64,000 nt of DNA, taken from the NCBI GenBank assembly GCA_947461105.1, contig CANHIG010000001.1, positions 1,974-65,973 on the forward strand. The letters are read 5' to 3'. Source of the stretch: Bacteroidota bacterium (GTDB lineage Bacteria > Bacteroidota > Bacteroidia > Chitinophagales > LD1). Of the stretch, positions 32,173 through 42,119 are shown piece by piece; position 1 is the first letter of the stretch, and the number at the start of each line of letters is the position of its first letter. Under the pieces are notes generated by a model. The model saw nothing but the letters and a program-made list of their open reading frames with translations, searched no databases and was not told where the DNA came from. The position numbers and the translations under genes are program-made.

Positions 32173-33723
32173 TTAGCGGACAGGAGCGTATTCTCGAATT
32201 CGCTTACCGTCATAATAAACAACTACCAGTGCCTGTCTGTATCGAGGTTTAATCACATTAAAATATAAATCTCTAACGTCAGCATATTTAGCCCCGCCTC
32301 CTATCAAATATTTATAAGACTCGTTTTCCAACAGCACCTCATATCCGCGCAAATGATCATAATAATTTGTGTCAATAGGTATTTGGCGACTCAATTCATA
32401 AAACTGCACCCTGTAAAGTGTATCTGCACGCTGCTTAACTTGTGTTTTTACCACAGGAGGTGCAGATGGAGTAAGATTGGTCTCTTTAAAAGGATTGAAT
32501 TTATTATTAACCGGAGCATTTGTAATCTGGGCAGATTCTTCAATATCCTCAACAGTAATATCAGTGATATTATACTGTATTTCATCTACGTAGCGACCCA
32601 TAGTTCCGCGTGTTGTAACAGCATGCTTCACCATTTTTTCGCGCTCTGCATCAGGAAAGTTTTTATACAATTGCTTACTTTCCACTGCCGCCACCGGCAC
32701 TACCTGTAGCTGTGTTTTGCCATTGATCGTGTCATAATAATTCCAAATTGGAATAAATCCAAAATCGCCCTCTTTAACCTGACCCGTGAAATTATTTTTG
32801 AAAATTTCAATATCCAATAAGGTGCCAGATTTTGAACGGTCATCTTTGCTTCCAGACACTAAATTCCCCAACGAGTAAGCAACAATTCCAAACCTTGGCT
32901 GTGCCTGATAATAGTGTTGCACAATGTCAATTTTCTGAACTGTGTTAGGAAATGTGCCTACAATCAAATTTGCTCCTTGCTCCAGAATAAATTTCGCAAT
33001 CTGCTCTTGTGAATACGAGGGATAGTCCTGATAATTTTCGCCCCAGTCAAGATATACAATGATGTAATCAGCTTTTTGATCTCGCGCCAACTTCATATCT
33101 CGCTCTATCTGATTTTGGTCAATCTGATTAATCAAATAATCCAAAGAAATAGATGGTCGCTTACCTAAATTAGCATAGTTTAAAATAGCAATTTTGAATC
33201 CTCGCTTCTCAAGAAGAATGGGATAGTTTCCATTGCGCTGGATATTGTCAGTAAACGCTCCTGTGGTCTGAATATCAAAAGCGCCCAAAGCTCTCTCTGT
33301 TCTCAGCAACCCTCTTTTATCAATGTTGGCCGTGTTTTTATTGGCAAGCATACAAAGGTTTATGCCTGAATATTTCAAGGCCAATGCAAATTCATCAGGA
33401 GCAGAATAAGGAGATTCAGGTTCTGCAGTAAAAGATGTTTTGAGCTGTGCAATTACCAAATGACCGATATTCAAAATAGGATTCACATGCTTCAATTCCT
33501 TGGAGAAATCGAATCTGTGTTCTACTCTATCGAATGCATTTTTTATTTGCTCTTCTGTTTTATAAATATTGCCGGCTACTACAATATGCAGCTTGGTAAA
33601 AGAGTCTACTCTTTCCACATCATCATCGGGATGTTCAATAGCTCTGAATCTGATTTGCTGACCGGACACCATATTAATTCCAGCTAATACCAAAAATACT
33701 AATACACCTATAAATCGCATCAA
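32173..33723 (-). CDS. CapA-family (PGA_cap, metallophosphatase-like) protein with a SPOR-like C-terminal region
   Basis: Has a signal peptide. The central region ADYIIVYLDWGENYQDYPS...ILEQGANLIVGTFPNTVQ resembles CapA. The C-terminal YRVQFYEL...VVVYYDGKRI resembles a SPOR-like domain. The family call is from memory. Confidence 0.5.
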   Translation of the reverse strand: MMRFIGVLVFLVLAGINMVSGQQIRFRAIEHPDDDVERVDSFTKLHIVVAGNIYKTEEQIKNAFDRVEHRFDFSKELKHVNPILNIGHLVIAQLKTSFTAEPESPYSAPDEFALALKYSGINLCMLANKNTANIDKRGLLRTERALGAFDIQTTGAFTDNIQRNGNYPILLEKRGFKIAILNYANLGKRPSISLDYLINQIDQNQIERDMKLARDQKADYIIVYLDWGENYQDYPSYSQEQIAKFILEQGANLIVGTFPNTVQKIDIVQHYYQAQPRFGIVAYSLGNLVSGSKDDRSKSGTLLDIEIFKNNFTGQVKEGDFGFIPIWNYYDTINGKTQLQVVPVAAVESKQLYKNFPDAEREKMVKHAVTTRGTMGRYVDEIQYNITDITVEDIEESAQITNAPVNNKFNPFKETNLTPSAPPVVKTQVKQRADTLYRVQFYELSRQIPIDTNYYDHLRGYEVLLENESYKYLIGGGAKYADVRDLYFNVIKPRYRQALVVVYYDGKRIREYAPVR

Positions 33724-34383
33724 CTATGAATTTACAGTTTCAATAATCTTTTTGTTTTCAAACACGTGATTTCCCGAAAGACCTGAATTAAGAAAATAAA
33801 TCATCGCAGCCGCAACAGTCTCTGCCTTAATTCCCTGATATTTTGAGAGAGGTCCTGCAAAAAGAAAACCCAGTTTTTTAAATAACATTTGCCCCACTTT
33901 TTCAGCAGGTCTGTTTTCCTTTCGATCACCTAAAAGCATCGATGGTTGTAATATCACAGATGTATCAAACCCGATAGAAGCAACCGCTTCCTCTATTTCG
34001 CCTTTTACCTTGCTGTAGAATATCGAAGATTTGGAATCTGCTCCCAATGAGGAAACCAAGATATGTTGTTTGGCTCCCATTGCTTTTGCAGTTTTTGCAA
34101 TTTCAAAAGGATATGTAAAGTCTACTTTATAAAAATTCTCCTTACTGCCTGCTACTGCTATTGTTGTCCCCATCACCGAGAACACATCATCCACTCTGCA
34201 ATACTCAGCCCATGTTTCCCTTTTATCAAAATCGACCAAAATGTTTGTCAGTTTAGGATTATTCATATCAAGTTTCTTTCTGGTGAGTGCTACCACCTCG
34301 GCATATCTCGTATCATCAAGTAGTTGCTTCAAACAATTGCTTCCCACAAGCCCTGTTGCGCCTATTATTAATGCTTTTTTCAT
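33724..34383 (-). CDS. NAD(P)H-binding atypical SDR (HTATIP2/YwnB-like)
   Basis: Rossmann N-terminus KALIIGATGLVGSNCL in a 219-aa protein. Confidence 0.75.
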   Translation of the reverse strand: MKKALIIGATGLVGSNCLKQLLDDTRYAEVVALTRKKLDMNNPKLTNILVDFDKRETWAEYCRVDDVFSVMGTTIAVAGSKENFYKVDFTYPFEIAKTAKAMGAKQHILVSSLGADSKSSIFYSKVKGEIEEAVASIGFDTSVILQPSMLLGDRKENRPAEKVGQMLFKKLGFLFAGPLSKYQGIKAETVAAAMIYFLNSGLSGNHVFENKKIIETVNS

Positions 34384-34424
34384 TTGTGTCTAAAAATAGA
34401 ATTTTACTACTATTTTCGGCACCG

Positions 34425-35171
34425 ATGGATACACAGTCAATTGTTTTTGTACTCTTTGCTGGACTATTAACCGGCATCATCAACTCTATATCAGCAGCGG
34501 GTTCGTTAGTTTCGTTACCGGCACTTATGTTTGTAGGGCTCCCAATAGATGTAGCTAACGGCACAAACAGGATAGGAATACTTGCGCTCTGCAGTTCAGC
34601 TGTGGTCGGTCTGAAATCAAAAAGTGTAAAGCATGATAATTATATCTGGTGGTTGGTGCTGGCAGTAATTCCGGGTGCTGTGGCAGGTGCTCTATTGGCG
34701 GTAAACATCAACAAAGAAATACTCAACTGGGTACTTCGCGTAATGGTACTTGCCTTTATTTTGATTACGCTATTCAACCCGGTAACATTGCTGGTCAACA
34801 GCAAAGAAGTAATGACCACAAAAAGAAAAATTATTGCAACAATCGCTTTCTTCTTTATAGGTATATATGGTGGCTTTATACAAGCAGGAACCGGATTTTT
34901 TATGATGCTCGCTACCTGGCTGATCCATAAATTTCCTTTGGTAAAAACCAATTACTTCAAAAACTTTCTGATGATGATTTATACCATTCCGGCACTAATC
35001 GTGTTTTCCCTAAACGGAATGGTAGATTTGAAATATGGACTCATTCTGGCAGTTGGCAGCTCAATAGGCGCCTGGGGCGCAAGCAGATGGAGCGTTTATG
35101 CAAATCCTGTTTGGGTAAAAAGAGGTATGCTGGCAATATTGATTGGACTTTTTATCAGACTTTGGCTGTAA
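34425..35171 (+). CDS. TauE/SafE-family anion exporter
   Basis: The start was moved to MDTQSIVFVLFAGLLTGIINSISAAG. The earlier track start overlaps the divergent gene. There are about 7-8 helices, and the GxxxG-rich internal duplication typical of TauE is present. Confidence 0.75.
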   Translation: MDTQSIVFVLFAGLLTGIINSISAAGSLVSLPALMFVGLPIDVANGTNRIGILALCSSAVVGLKSKSVKHDNYIWWLVLAVIPGAVAGALLAVNINKEILNWVLRVMVLAFILITLFNPVTLLVNSKEVMTTKRKIIATIAFFFIGIYGGFIQAGTGFFMMLATWLIHKFPLVKTNYFKNFLMMIYTIPALIVFSLNGMVDLKYGLILAVGSSIGAWGASRWSVYANPVWVKRGMLAILIGLFIRLWL

Positions 35172-36210
35172 TACCTGCATCATTTTTATTTGCCAACTGA
35201 CCACAAGCCGCATCTATATCTTTTCCGCGACTTCTCCTCACGGCAACTGTGATACCTCGCTTTCTCAAATGATTTACAAAAGCATCTCTTTTATCAGCTT
35301 TTGCTTTTTTTAAAGTCACACCCTCTACGTTGTTGTATTCAATAATATTGATAAATGCAGGAACGCGCTGATAAAGCACAATTAAATCTTCAGCATCCTT
35401 TATGCTGTCATTAAAATTATCAAAAAGAATGTATTCAAAAGTCACCTTATTTCCTGTCTTGCTGTAAAAATAGTTGAGCGCTTCCACCAATGAATCGAGA
35501 TTATTAGAGCGATTGATATCCATGATTTCATCGCGCTTTTGGTCGGTAGCTGCATGCAGCGAAAGGGCGAGATTAAAATTCATGTTTTCATCAGCAAGTC
35601 TAATTATGCCTCGTGAAATTCCACTGGTAGAAACCGTAATTCTTTTTTGCGCCATGTGAAGCCCTTCTGGCGAAGTAATCATTTTGATACTTCGCATCAC
35701 ATTGTCGTAATTCAGCAATGGCTCACCCATACCCATATAAACGATATTGGTCAACCCTTTTCCATTGTTAAGCTTTGCATATTTATTCAGCAAAATAACC
35801 TGATCATAAATTTCACCAACTTCTAAATTACGCTCCCGCTTCAAAAAACCTGTAGCACAAAAAGTGCAACTCAAAGAACAGCCCACCTGTGATGATACAC
35901 AGGCCGTAGCGCGATTCTGATCTGGAATCATTACTCCTTCTATCAATCGATTGTCCTTCAGTTGCATACCGATTTTCACCGTTCCGTCCTTGCTTGTTTG
36001 TGAAATGCTCTCTATCACCGTACAGAAATCAAACTGTGCTTTTAACTGTTCGCGAAACTCTTTCGGAAGGTTGCTCATTTCATCAAAAGAGCGTGCAGAC
36101 TTTTGCCAAAGCCATTCATAGATTTGCTTTGCTCGAAATTTAGGAGCGTTGATTTTAGCCAACTCTTCACTAATCTCATTATATTCAAGCTGACGTATGT
36201 CTAATGCCAT
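35155..36210 (-). CDS. rlmN: Radical-SAM 23S rRNA/tRNA adenine-C2 methyltransferase RlmN
   Basis: The N-terminal FRAKQIYEWLW, the CxxxCxxC cluster (CSLSCTFCATG), MGMGEPLLN and a C-terminal DIDAACGQL are present. Confidence 0.9.
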   Translation of the reverse strand: MALDIRQLEYNEISEELAKINAPKFRAKQIYEWLWQKSARSFDEMSNLPKEFREQLKAQFDFCTVIESISQTSKDGTVKIGMQLKDNRLIEGVMIPDQNRATACVSSQVGCSLSCTFCATGFLKRERNLEVGEIYDQVILLNKYAKLNNGKGLTNIVYMGMGEPLLNYDNVMRSIKMITSPEGLHMAQKRITVSTSGISRGIIRLADENMNFNLALSLHAATDQKRDEIMDINRSNNLDSLVEALNYFYSKTGNKVTFEYILFDNFNDSIKDAEDLIVLYQRVPAFINIIEYNNVEGVTLKKAKADKRDAFVNHLRKRGITVAVRRSRGKDIDAACGQLANKNDAGITAKV

Positions 36211-36336
36211 GTTGCAAAGTTAAGCAAGAATTTGGGAGTGAAGCATGAAAATGAATTGTAAAAAACTAACGTTGATGATAAATTAATGACGACAATGCAC
36301 TAGGTTCTTATTATTGCTTTATAATTTGTGACTATT

Positions 36337-37893
36337 ATGAAATACTTTATTCCAATTTTACTTTTATCCCTCTATAAACCGTGCATTGCAGAAACGCCAC
36401 TTTTCAATAAAGCTATTGAAGCGTTTTATGATACTGCTCAAGCGCCTTTTTATTTTGGAGTAGCATCGGGCGATCCGAAGTCTAACAGAGTAGTACTTTG
36501 GACAAAACTGGTTAATATCGAATCATACAAAACAACTGTATCATGGGTCATTGCCACTGACAGCAGTTTGAAAAACATTGTTCAATCCGGTAAAACTGGT
36601 ACCGATACTTCCTCAGCCTACACCGTTAAATTAAACGTAGAGAATCTGGCTCCGTATACTACATACTTTTATCAGTTTACTGTTGGCGAAAAGCATTCTC
36701 CGATTGGCAGAACAAAAACAGCCCCAAACGATGCTACGCAATTGAAATTTGCTGTGGTGAGCTGCAACAATTATACTAACGGATATTTTAATGCTTACCG
36801 CTCCATCGCTCAGCGAAATGATATAGATGCAGTAATACATCTAGGTGATTATATTTATGAATATGGCAACAATCGTCATAAAAAGGGTAAGACTGTACGC
36901 TCACACATTCCCGATCGTGAAATTTTAATTCTTCAGGATTACAGAACGAGATATGCCCAATACCGTTTAGATAAAGACCTGCAAGAAGCGCACAGACTTC
37001 ATCCATTTATTACTGAGTGGGACGATCACGAAACAGCAAATAATTCTTACAAAGATGGGGCGCAAAACCATCAAGCCAATGAGGGTGATTGGGAAGAAAG
37101 AAAAAGCATTGCTAAGCGTGTTTATTTTGAGTGGCTCCCTATACAGGATAATGATGCCAAGAGCGTAATCCGAAAAATTAGCTATGGCAATTTAGCTGAT
37201 GTATTTATGCTTGACGAAAGGCTGGAAGCAAGAAGCAAACAGCTCAATCATTACACTGACAGCAGTTATCTCTCTTCAGAAAGACACATGATTGGAGATG
37301 CTCAATCTGATTGGCTGGAGCAGGGAATAAAAAATTCAAAAGCCATATGGAAGGTAATTGCCAATCAGGTAATGCTTAGCGAAATTGATGTAAGCGGTAT
37401 ATCGAAGAAGATTGGAAAGATTATGGACATCTGGGATGGATACCCGGTAGAAAGAGATAAAATAATGCAGTTCTTCTATGACAATAAAATCAACAACATA
37501 ATTGTAATTACGGGTGATATTCACTCGGCATTTGCTTTTGATTTAGTAGCTCATCCAAAAGACAAAAAAAGATATAATCCCAAAACAGGAGCAGGTGTAA
37601 TTGGAGCTGAATTTGTATGCACCAGCATCAGTTCCTCCAATATAGATGAACGTGTACCAAGAGGATTAGCAAAACTAGTGGGCAGTTTGGCAAAGAGTAA
37701 GAAACATAATCCGCATTTACGCTATACCAATGTAGTAGATCATGGCTATACAATTCTTACGCTTACTAAAGGAAAAGCGCGGGCAGATTGGTATTATATG
37801 AAAACAGTAAAAAAGAAAACCGACAAACTATTTCCTGTAAAAAGCTGGTCAACCCTAACCGAAAAAAACAGTTTATTCAGAGAAAGAAATTGA
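36337..37893 (+). CDS. phoD: PhoD-family alkaline phosphatase/phosphodiesterase
   Basis: The motifs GVASGDP, HLGDYIYEYG and EWDDHETANN are present. The ATG at 36337 (MKYFIPILLL, signal-like) is preferred over the GTG at 36328. Confidence 0.85.
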   Translation: MKYFIPILLLSLYKPCIAETPLFNKAIEAFYDTAQAPFYFGVASGDPKSNRVVLWTKLVNIESYKTTVSWVIATDSSLKNIVQSGKTGTDTSSAYTVKLNVENLAPYTTYFYQFTVGEKHSPIGRTKTAPNDATQLKFAVVSCNNYTNGYFNAYRSIAQRNDIDAVIHLGDYIYEYGNNRHKKGKTVRSHIPDREILILQDYRTRYAQYRLDKDLQEAHRLHPFITEWDDHETANNSYKDGAQNHQANEGDWEERKSIAKRVYFEWLPIQDNDAKSVIRKISYGNLADVFMLDERLEARSKQLNHYTDSSYLSSERHMIGDAQSDWLEQGIKNSKAIWKVIANQVMLSEIDVSGISKKIGKIMDIWDGYPVERDKIMQFFYDNKINNIIVITGDIHSAFAFDLVAHPKDKKRYNPKTGAGVIGAEFVCTSISSSNIDERVPRGLAKLVGSLAKSKKHNPHLRYTNVVDHGYTILTLTKGKARADWYYMKTVKKKTDKLFPVKSWSTLTEKNSLFRERN

Positions 37894-37902
37894 TTTTCAT
37901 AT

Positions 37903-39071
37903 CTATTCCTTTATCAGTTTCAGTCGCACAGTCTGCGAACCTTGATTTATAATCCCAATGTAGATTCCGCTATTCAAATTAGCGATGCTCACTTCATTAC
38001 TTCCGGTGGACAAATGCTTTGAAGCCAAAAGTTTCCCATTAATATCTGTAAGAGTTAAAATAGCGTCTTCCGACATTTCGATTTTAACTATATCGGATAT
38101 CGGGTTTGGGAATACTTTATACTGAAATCCGGAATTTTCTGGCCCTTGAATACCTGTGATTTGACCCATTTTATGCTTTTTGAAAAACAACCAAATTTCT
38201 TTGGAAGCTATTACATCTCTGTTTGTATTTCCGACAATAGCAGTGGGATAAACATTATCATTGATGGCCAGGTATGCCCACCTCCTGTGATTTTATAATG
38301 CAATACTTCAGTAGATGCGGTGCAGTTGTTGTAATGAATTTTCTCCACTGTTGATCCATCACCGGCATCTACATCGGGCAGTGAAGTAGTCACAGGAGTA
38401 TTCGTACATCCATTTACAGCTATCCAATAATTAAGTACATCCGCTACAGCGGAAGCTCCTGTGGCTGCAGTTCCCGTGTATCCAACTATAGGGTCTGATG
38501 TGCCGTGAATTTCAAAAACCGGAATTGGTCTGAGTGGATTGCAGCTAGTAAAAGAGCCATCATCCATACTGCCTGTAACAGAAGCAATAGCCGCAATTCT
38601 ATTGCTGAGCTGGCAGGCTAATCGATAGCTGAAGAAGCCTCCATTACTCATTCCGCAAGAATAGATACGCTCTGTATCTATTTGAGCGCAGAAACCGGCA
38701 GGGCAATTATTGGAGTTTGCCAGCAAATAATCAATCATGGCATTTGTAAACCCCAAATCATCTTCTGTAGAGGTTGTGGAGCCATCGTTCCAGGAATTAT
38801 TAATGCCTTGGGGATATACCAATATGAATCCGGCAGTGTCTGCCACTTCATTAAACTTGGTATAGTTTCGCATAGATGTATTGGTTTCCGTAAGCCCATG
38901 AAAAGCAAAAACTACAGGAAGTTTTTGACCCGTACAGTTATAAGTGGCACATGGCGAGTGGACAATAAAGTCTCTAGTTTTGCCATCGTGCACAAGATTG
39001 AAAGAAAAATCCTGAGCGAATAAGCCCTCAGCAAACAGAACCAAAATGAAAAGATGTAATAATTTTTTCAT
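37903..39071 (-). pseudogene. PHB-depolymerase-family (LpqC-like, CE1) esterase with a T9SS C-terminal sorting domain, split by a frameshift
   Basis: The upstream ORF (38211..39071) has a signal peptide, GMSNGG and GGGHTWP. The esterase C-terminus (INDNVYPTAIVGNTNRDVIASKEIWLFFKKHK) and a Por CTD (FQYKVFPNPISD...GIYIGII) continue in the -1 frame. The two frames overlap at 38211-38292. The total span of 1169 nt is one base short of a multiple of 3. Confidence 0.7.
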
Positions 39072-39146
39072 GGTGTTAGATTTTGTTCCATGAAGATATA
39101 CAACAATTACTTCAAATAAGAAATATGAGAATCATTTCCTTTACAA

Positions 39147-39389
39147 CTATGTCCCGTTGTTTTCTTCTTTTATGAAGCCGGCTTCTCTAAGAATAATCGT
39201 TGCCCTTTCTACATCATCTGCATTCACTTGCAACTTAATCCCTCCGATTGCATTGGAATACAGAGGATTAACTGATGCTACAAACTCATCTTTCAAAAAA
39301 GTCTCCACGCCCTCAGACTCGAGAAGTCCTTGCGCAACTGCCAACTCGTGAATATAGGTGAAAGTGAGTATTGTTATCAGTTCGTTCAT
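39147..39389 (-). CDS. DUF2007-like small protein
   Basis: Starts at MNELITILTF. The 80-aa sequence has the pattern HELAVAQGLLESEGVETFLKDE...IKLQV..DDVERATIIL, as I recall for DUF2007. Confidence 0.5.
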   Translation of the reverse strand: MNELITILTFTYIHELAVAQGLLESEGVETFLKDEFVASVNPLYSNAIGGIKLQVNADDVERATIILREAGFIKEENNGT

Positions 39390-39418
39390 GTTAGATTTTT
39401 GAAAAAGAACTTTGAGTA

Positions 39419-40249
39419 TTACTTCATGAGCAGCTCCCATGCCGCATCTATTTTCCCTTCGCTGATGAGCTGCTTGGCTAATTGATGTTGCGATACATCT
39501 GAAGTGAAATCCCCTGTTGTAGCAATTGAAGCTACAGAAGCCAATTGGGCTAAATCATTTCCGGATAATACCGATGAGTGTTTTATTACTTCAGGCAAAT
39601 GATCGAAGCCAATACCCAATTTATCTGAAGGTTTTGGCTTAGGTACTTCAAACAAATTGCCGCTGTCTACACGGCAATAAAAATCTTTGCCAAGCCGTGC
39701 GATATATTTCATTTTCAACGGATCAATATTGTTGTTTTCATCCATAACCTGCTCGCTGATATGAACTAATACAACTTCACAAATAATAAGATTACCCGCA
39801 CCTCCGCTAGTTCCTGTCTCGATTACCTGAATCACTTTACACTCTAGCTGAACAAAAGCTTCGCCAACTCGAGGCGGTGATACTATATCCGATTTCAATG
39901 GAGTAAACCCTGCCTTTTCAAATTCGTTGATGCCTTTTGGATACTCGCCACTTGCCAGATTCATCTGATAAAGCATATCTTCATTCACAATATTGATAAC
40001 ACATTCCTTCGTTTCCTGTATGTAATCAAAAGTGTTTTTGGTTTTACCTGTTCTTCCGCTACGGGCAGGAGAAAAAATACAAATTGGCGGATTAGAGCCG
40101 AAAATATTGAAGAAACTAAAAGGCGAAAGATTCACATTACCCTTGCTATCACTCGTTGATACAAAAGCAATAGGCCTGGGCGCAATGGAACTCAGCAACA
40201 AATCATGAAGCTTTGGCTGAGGCGTTTCTGTAGGATTAAATGTTTTCAT
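39419..40249 (-). CDS. Flavin reductase-family protein (FMN-binding split barrel)
   Basis: RPIAFVSTSDSKGNVNLSPFSFFN is the typical flavin-reductase-like core. It overlaps fahA by 4 nt. Confidence 0.75.
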   Translation of the reverse strand: MKTFNPTETPQPKLHDLLLSSIAPRPIAFVSTSDSKGNVNLSPFSFFNIFGSNPPICIFSPARSGRTGKTKNTFDYIQETKECVINIVNEDMLYQMNLASGEYPKGINEFEKAGFTPLKSDIVSPPRVGEAFVQLECKVIQVIETGTSGGAGNLIICEVVLVHISEQVMDENNNIDPLKMKYIARLGKDFYCRVDSGNLFEVPKPKPSDKLGIGFDHLPEVIKHSSVLSGNDLAQLASVASIATTGDFTSDVSQHQLAKQLISEGKIDAAWELLMK

Positions 40250-41484
40250 TTCGCAGGCAATATTTTATTAAACACCTCACCAAACCCGACCTTTACATTT
40301 TCTTTTTCACAAAAGCCTTTTATACTCACAGTATCGCCATCCAGAATAAATTTCCTCTCGGTACCATCCGGCATTTGTATTGGATTTTTACCTCCCCAAG
40401 TGATTTCCAGCATAGAGCCATAAGAGTCCGGAGTGCTTCCTGAAATAGTTCCTGATGCATACAAATCGCCTACTTCTATATTGCAACCATTAACAGTATG
40501 GTGCGCCAATTGCTGACACATATTCCAATACATGTGTTTGAAATTGCTTTTGCTCACAGTCTTTGCGCTACCGTTTTCAGCTACTATATCTACTGTAAGA
40601 TTCAAATCATAATTCTTTTTTCCTGCAAATTGCAAATACGAAAGTGGGGTTGGTTCTTGCTGAGGAGAATCTGTTCGAAATGGCTCCAAAGCATCTAAAG
40701 TTACAATCCAGGGAGAAACCGAAGAGCCAAAGTTTTTAGCCAGAAATGGTCCGAGCGGCACATACTCCCATTTCTGAATATCGCGTGCACTCCAGTCGTT
40801 AAACAGTACCAAACCAAAAATATAATCTTCTGCATCGGCAGTAGAAACGGAATCTCCAAGTTCAGTCTCTTTCCCAACAATAAAGCCAACCTCTAACTCA
40901 AAATCGAGCAGGCGGCATGGCCCAAATGAAGGCATTGGTTGGTCATCAGCCTTAGTTTGCCCTTTGGGTCTATGAAGTGGAGTGCCACTTACCACTATCG
41001 AAGATGCGCGACCATGATAACCAACAGGCAGATGAAGCCAATTGGGTAAAAGCGCATTTGCCGGGTCTCTGAACATAGCTCCAACATTTGTAGCATGTTC
41101 TCTGCTGCTATAAAAATCTGTGTAATTTGAAATATGTACCGGCAAAAGATTTTTGACCTCATCATCAGGCAATAAATACTTAATCAGCTTGTTCTTTGAT
41201 GTTTCATTTTCTATGGAAAATAAAAATTGTATTTTCTTTCTGATAGCTGATGTAACTGGCTTGCCAAGTGCAATAAAACGATTGAGCGTTTTCTCTCTTA
41301 ATATGCTTTTGTCAAAAGTGAATTCATCCAAAAACCCATCCTTCGCTAAGGTATATAAATCAATAACATTATCTCCTATTCTGCTAGCAGCAACTATAGT
41401 TCCATCCTTTTGTTGAATGATGCCAAACGGAATATTGTAAATAGAAAAGTCGCTATCGTTGGAGTAGTTGAGCCAGGATTTCAT
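40246..41484 (-). CDS. fahA: Fumarylacetoacetase
   Basis: 412 aa. The N-terminal FSIYNIPFGI, LPVGYHGRASSIVVSGTP, FELEVGFIVG and DLYASGTISG are typical of FAH. Confidence 0.9.
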   Translation of the reverse strand: MKSWLNYSNDSDFSIYNIPFGIIQQKDGTIVAASRIGDNVIDLYTLAKDGFLDEFTFDKSILREKTLNRFIALGKPVTSAIRKKIQFLFSIENETSKNKLIKYLLPDDEVKNLLPVHISNYTDFYSSREHATNVGAMFRDPANALLPNWLHLPVGYHGRASSIVVSGTPLHRPKGQTKADDQPMPSFGPCRLLDFELEVGFIVGKETELGDSVSTADAEDYIFGLVLFNDWSARDIQKWEYVPLGPFLAKNFGSSVSPWIVTLDALEPFRTDSPQQEPTPLSYLQFAGKKNYDLNLTVDIVAENGSAKTVSKSNFKHMYWNMCQQLAHHTVNGCNIEVGDLYASGTISGSTPDSYGSMLEITWGGKNPIQMPDGTERKFILDGDTVSIKGFCEKENVKVGFGEVFNKILPAK

Positions 41485-41575
41485 GAGTTTTCTTGATTAA
41501 TGCAGATTAAAGATTAGCGCAAGTTAATCATTAATTGATTTCGGGAAAGCAAAGAGGAAGAATACCGTTATAACA

Positions 41576-41878
41576 TCATACATCAAAGCTCCATTCGCCC
41601 TTTTCAGTATTTTTTCGCGACTCAAATTTTTCCAGCTGTCGTTTGATAATTTCATCTGCAATAATTTCTGAAGCAGCTACTTCTTCGGTGTTTTCTTTGA
41701 GCAGATTGGCGAGTTTTTTTTCATTAATGTCAATTCGATAAAGCACCCATTTCAGGCGTTCCATGTCATAATGCATCAAATGATCAATTTGATTGATGAG
41801 CCAAACCCTAATTTCGGAAAAATCAGCAGAATGATAGTTCAGTATATCCTCAAAACTATCAGGGAGTTGCTCGCTCAT
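41576..41878 (-). CDS. Hypothetical 100-aa cytoplasmic protein
   Basis: Begins at MSEQLPDSFEDILNYH. The longer track ORF (to 42040) overlaps the upstream lipoprotein gene in another frame and looks like an artefact. Confidence 0.45.
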   Translation of the reverse strand: MSEQLPDSFEDILNYHSADFSEIRVWLINQIDHLMHYDMERLKWVLYRIDINEKKLANLLKENTEEVAASEIIADEIIKRQLEKFESRKNTEKGEWSFDV

Positions 41879-41888
41879 TTTTAATGAA

Positions 41889-42074
41889 TCAATATTGTTT
41901 GAAAACACAGCCCGCCTTTTCGCAGGTGTCCTTAGCCTCTTTCTCAGTTCCGGGCTTGTACGCAATCGGCATTGCCGTTGAATAATTGGCCTTGCACTCG
42001 CATCTGTATGCCTTTGTACATGAGCCAAGTGATAGGGCACACAAAATGGCAGAAATGGTAAAAAGTTTTTTCAT
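41889..42074 (-). CDS. Small Cys-rich lipoprotein
   Basis: MKKLFTISAILCALSLGSC provides the lipobox. The ~43-aa mature peptide has four further Cys residues (CECK...CEKAGC). Confidence 0.5.
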   Translation of the reverse strand: MKKLFTISAILCALSLGSCTKAYRCECKANYSTAMPIAYKPGTEKEAKDTCEKAGCVFKQY

Positions 42075-42119
42075 AGCTATACTATATTCTATAAATGTAC
42101 ACAAATCTGCTAATATTCA

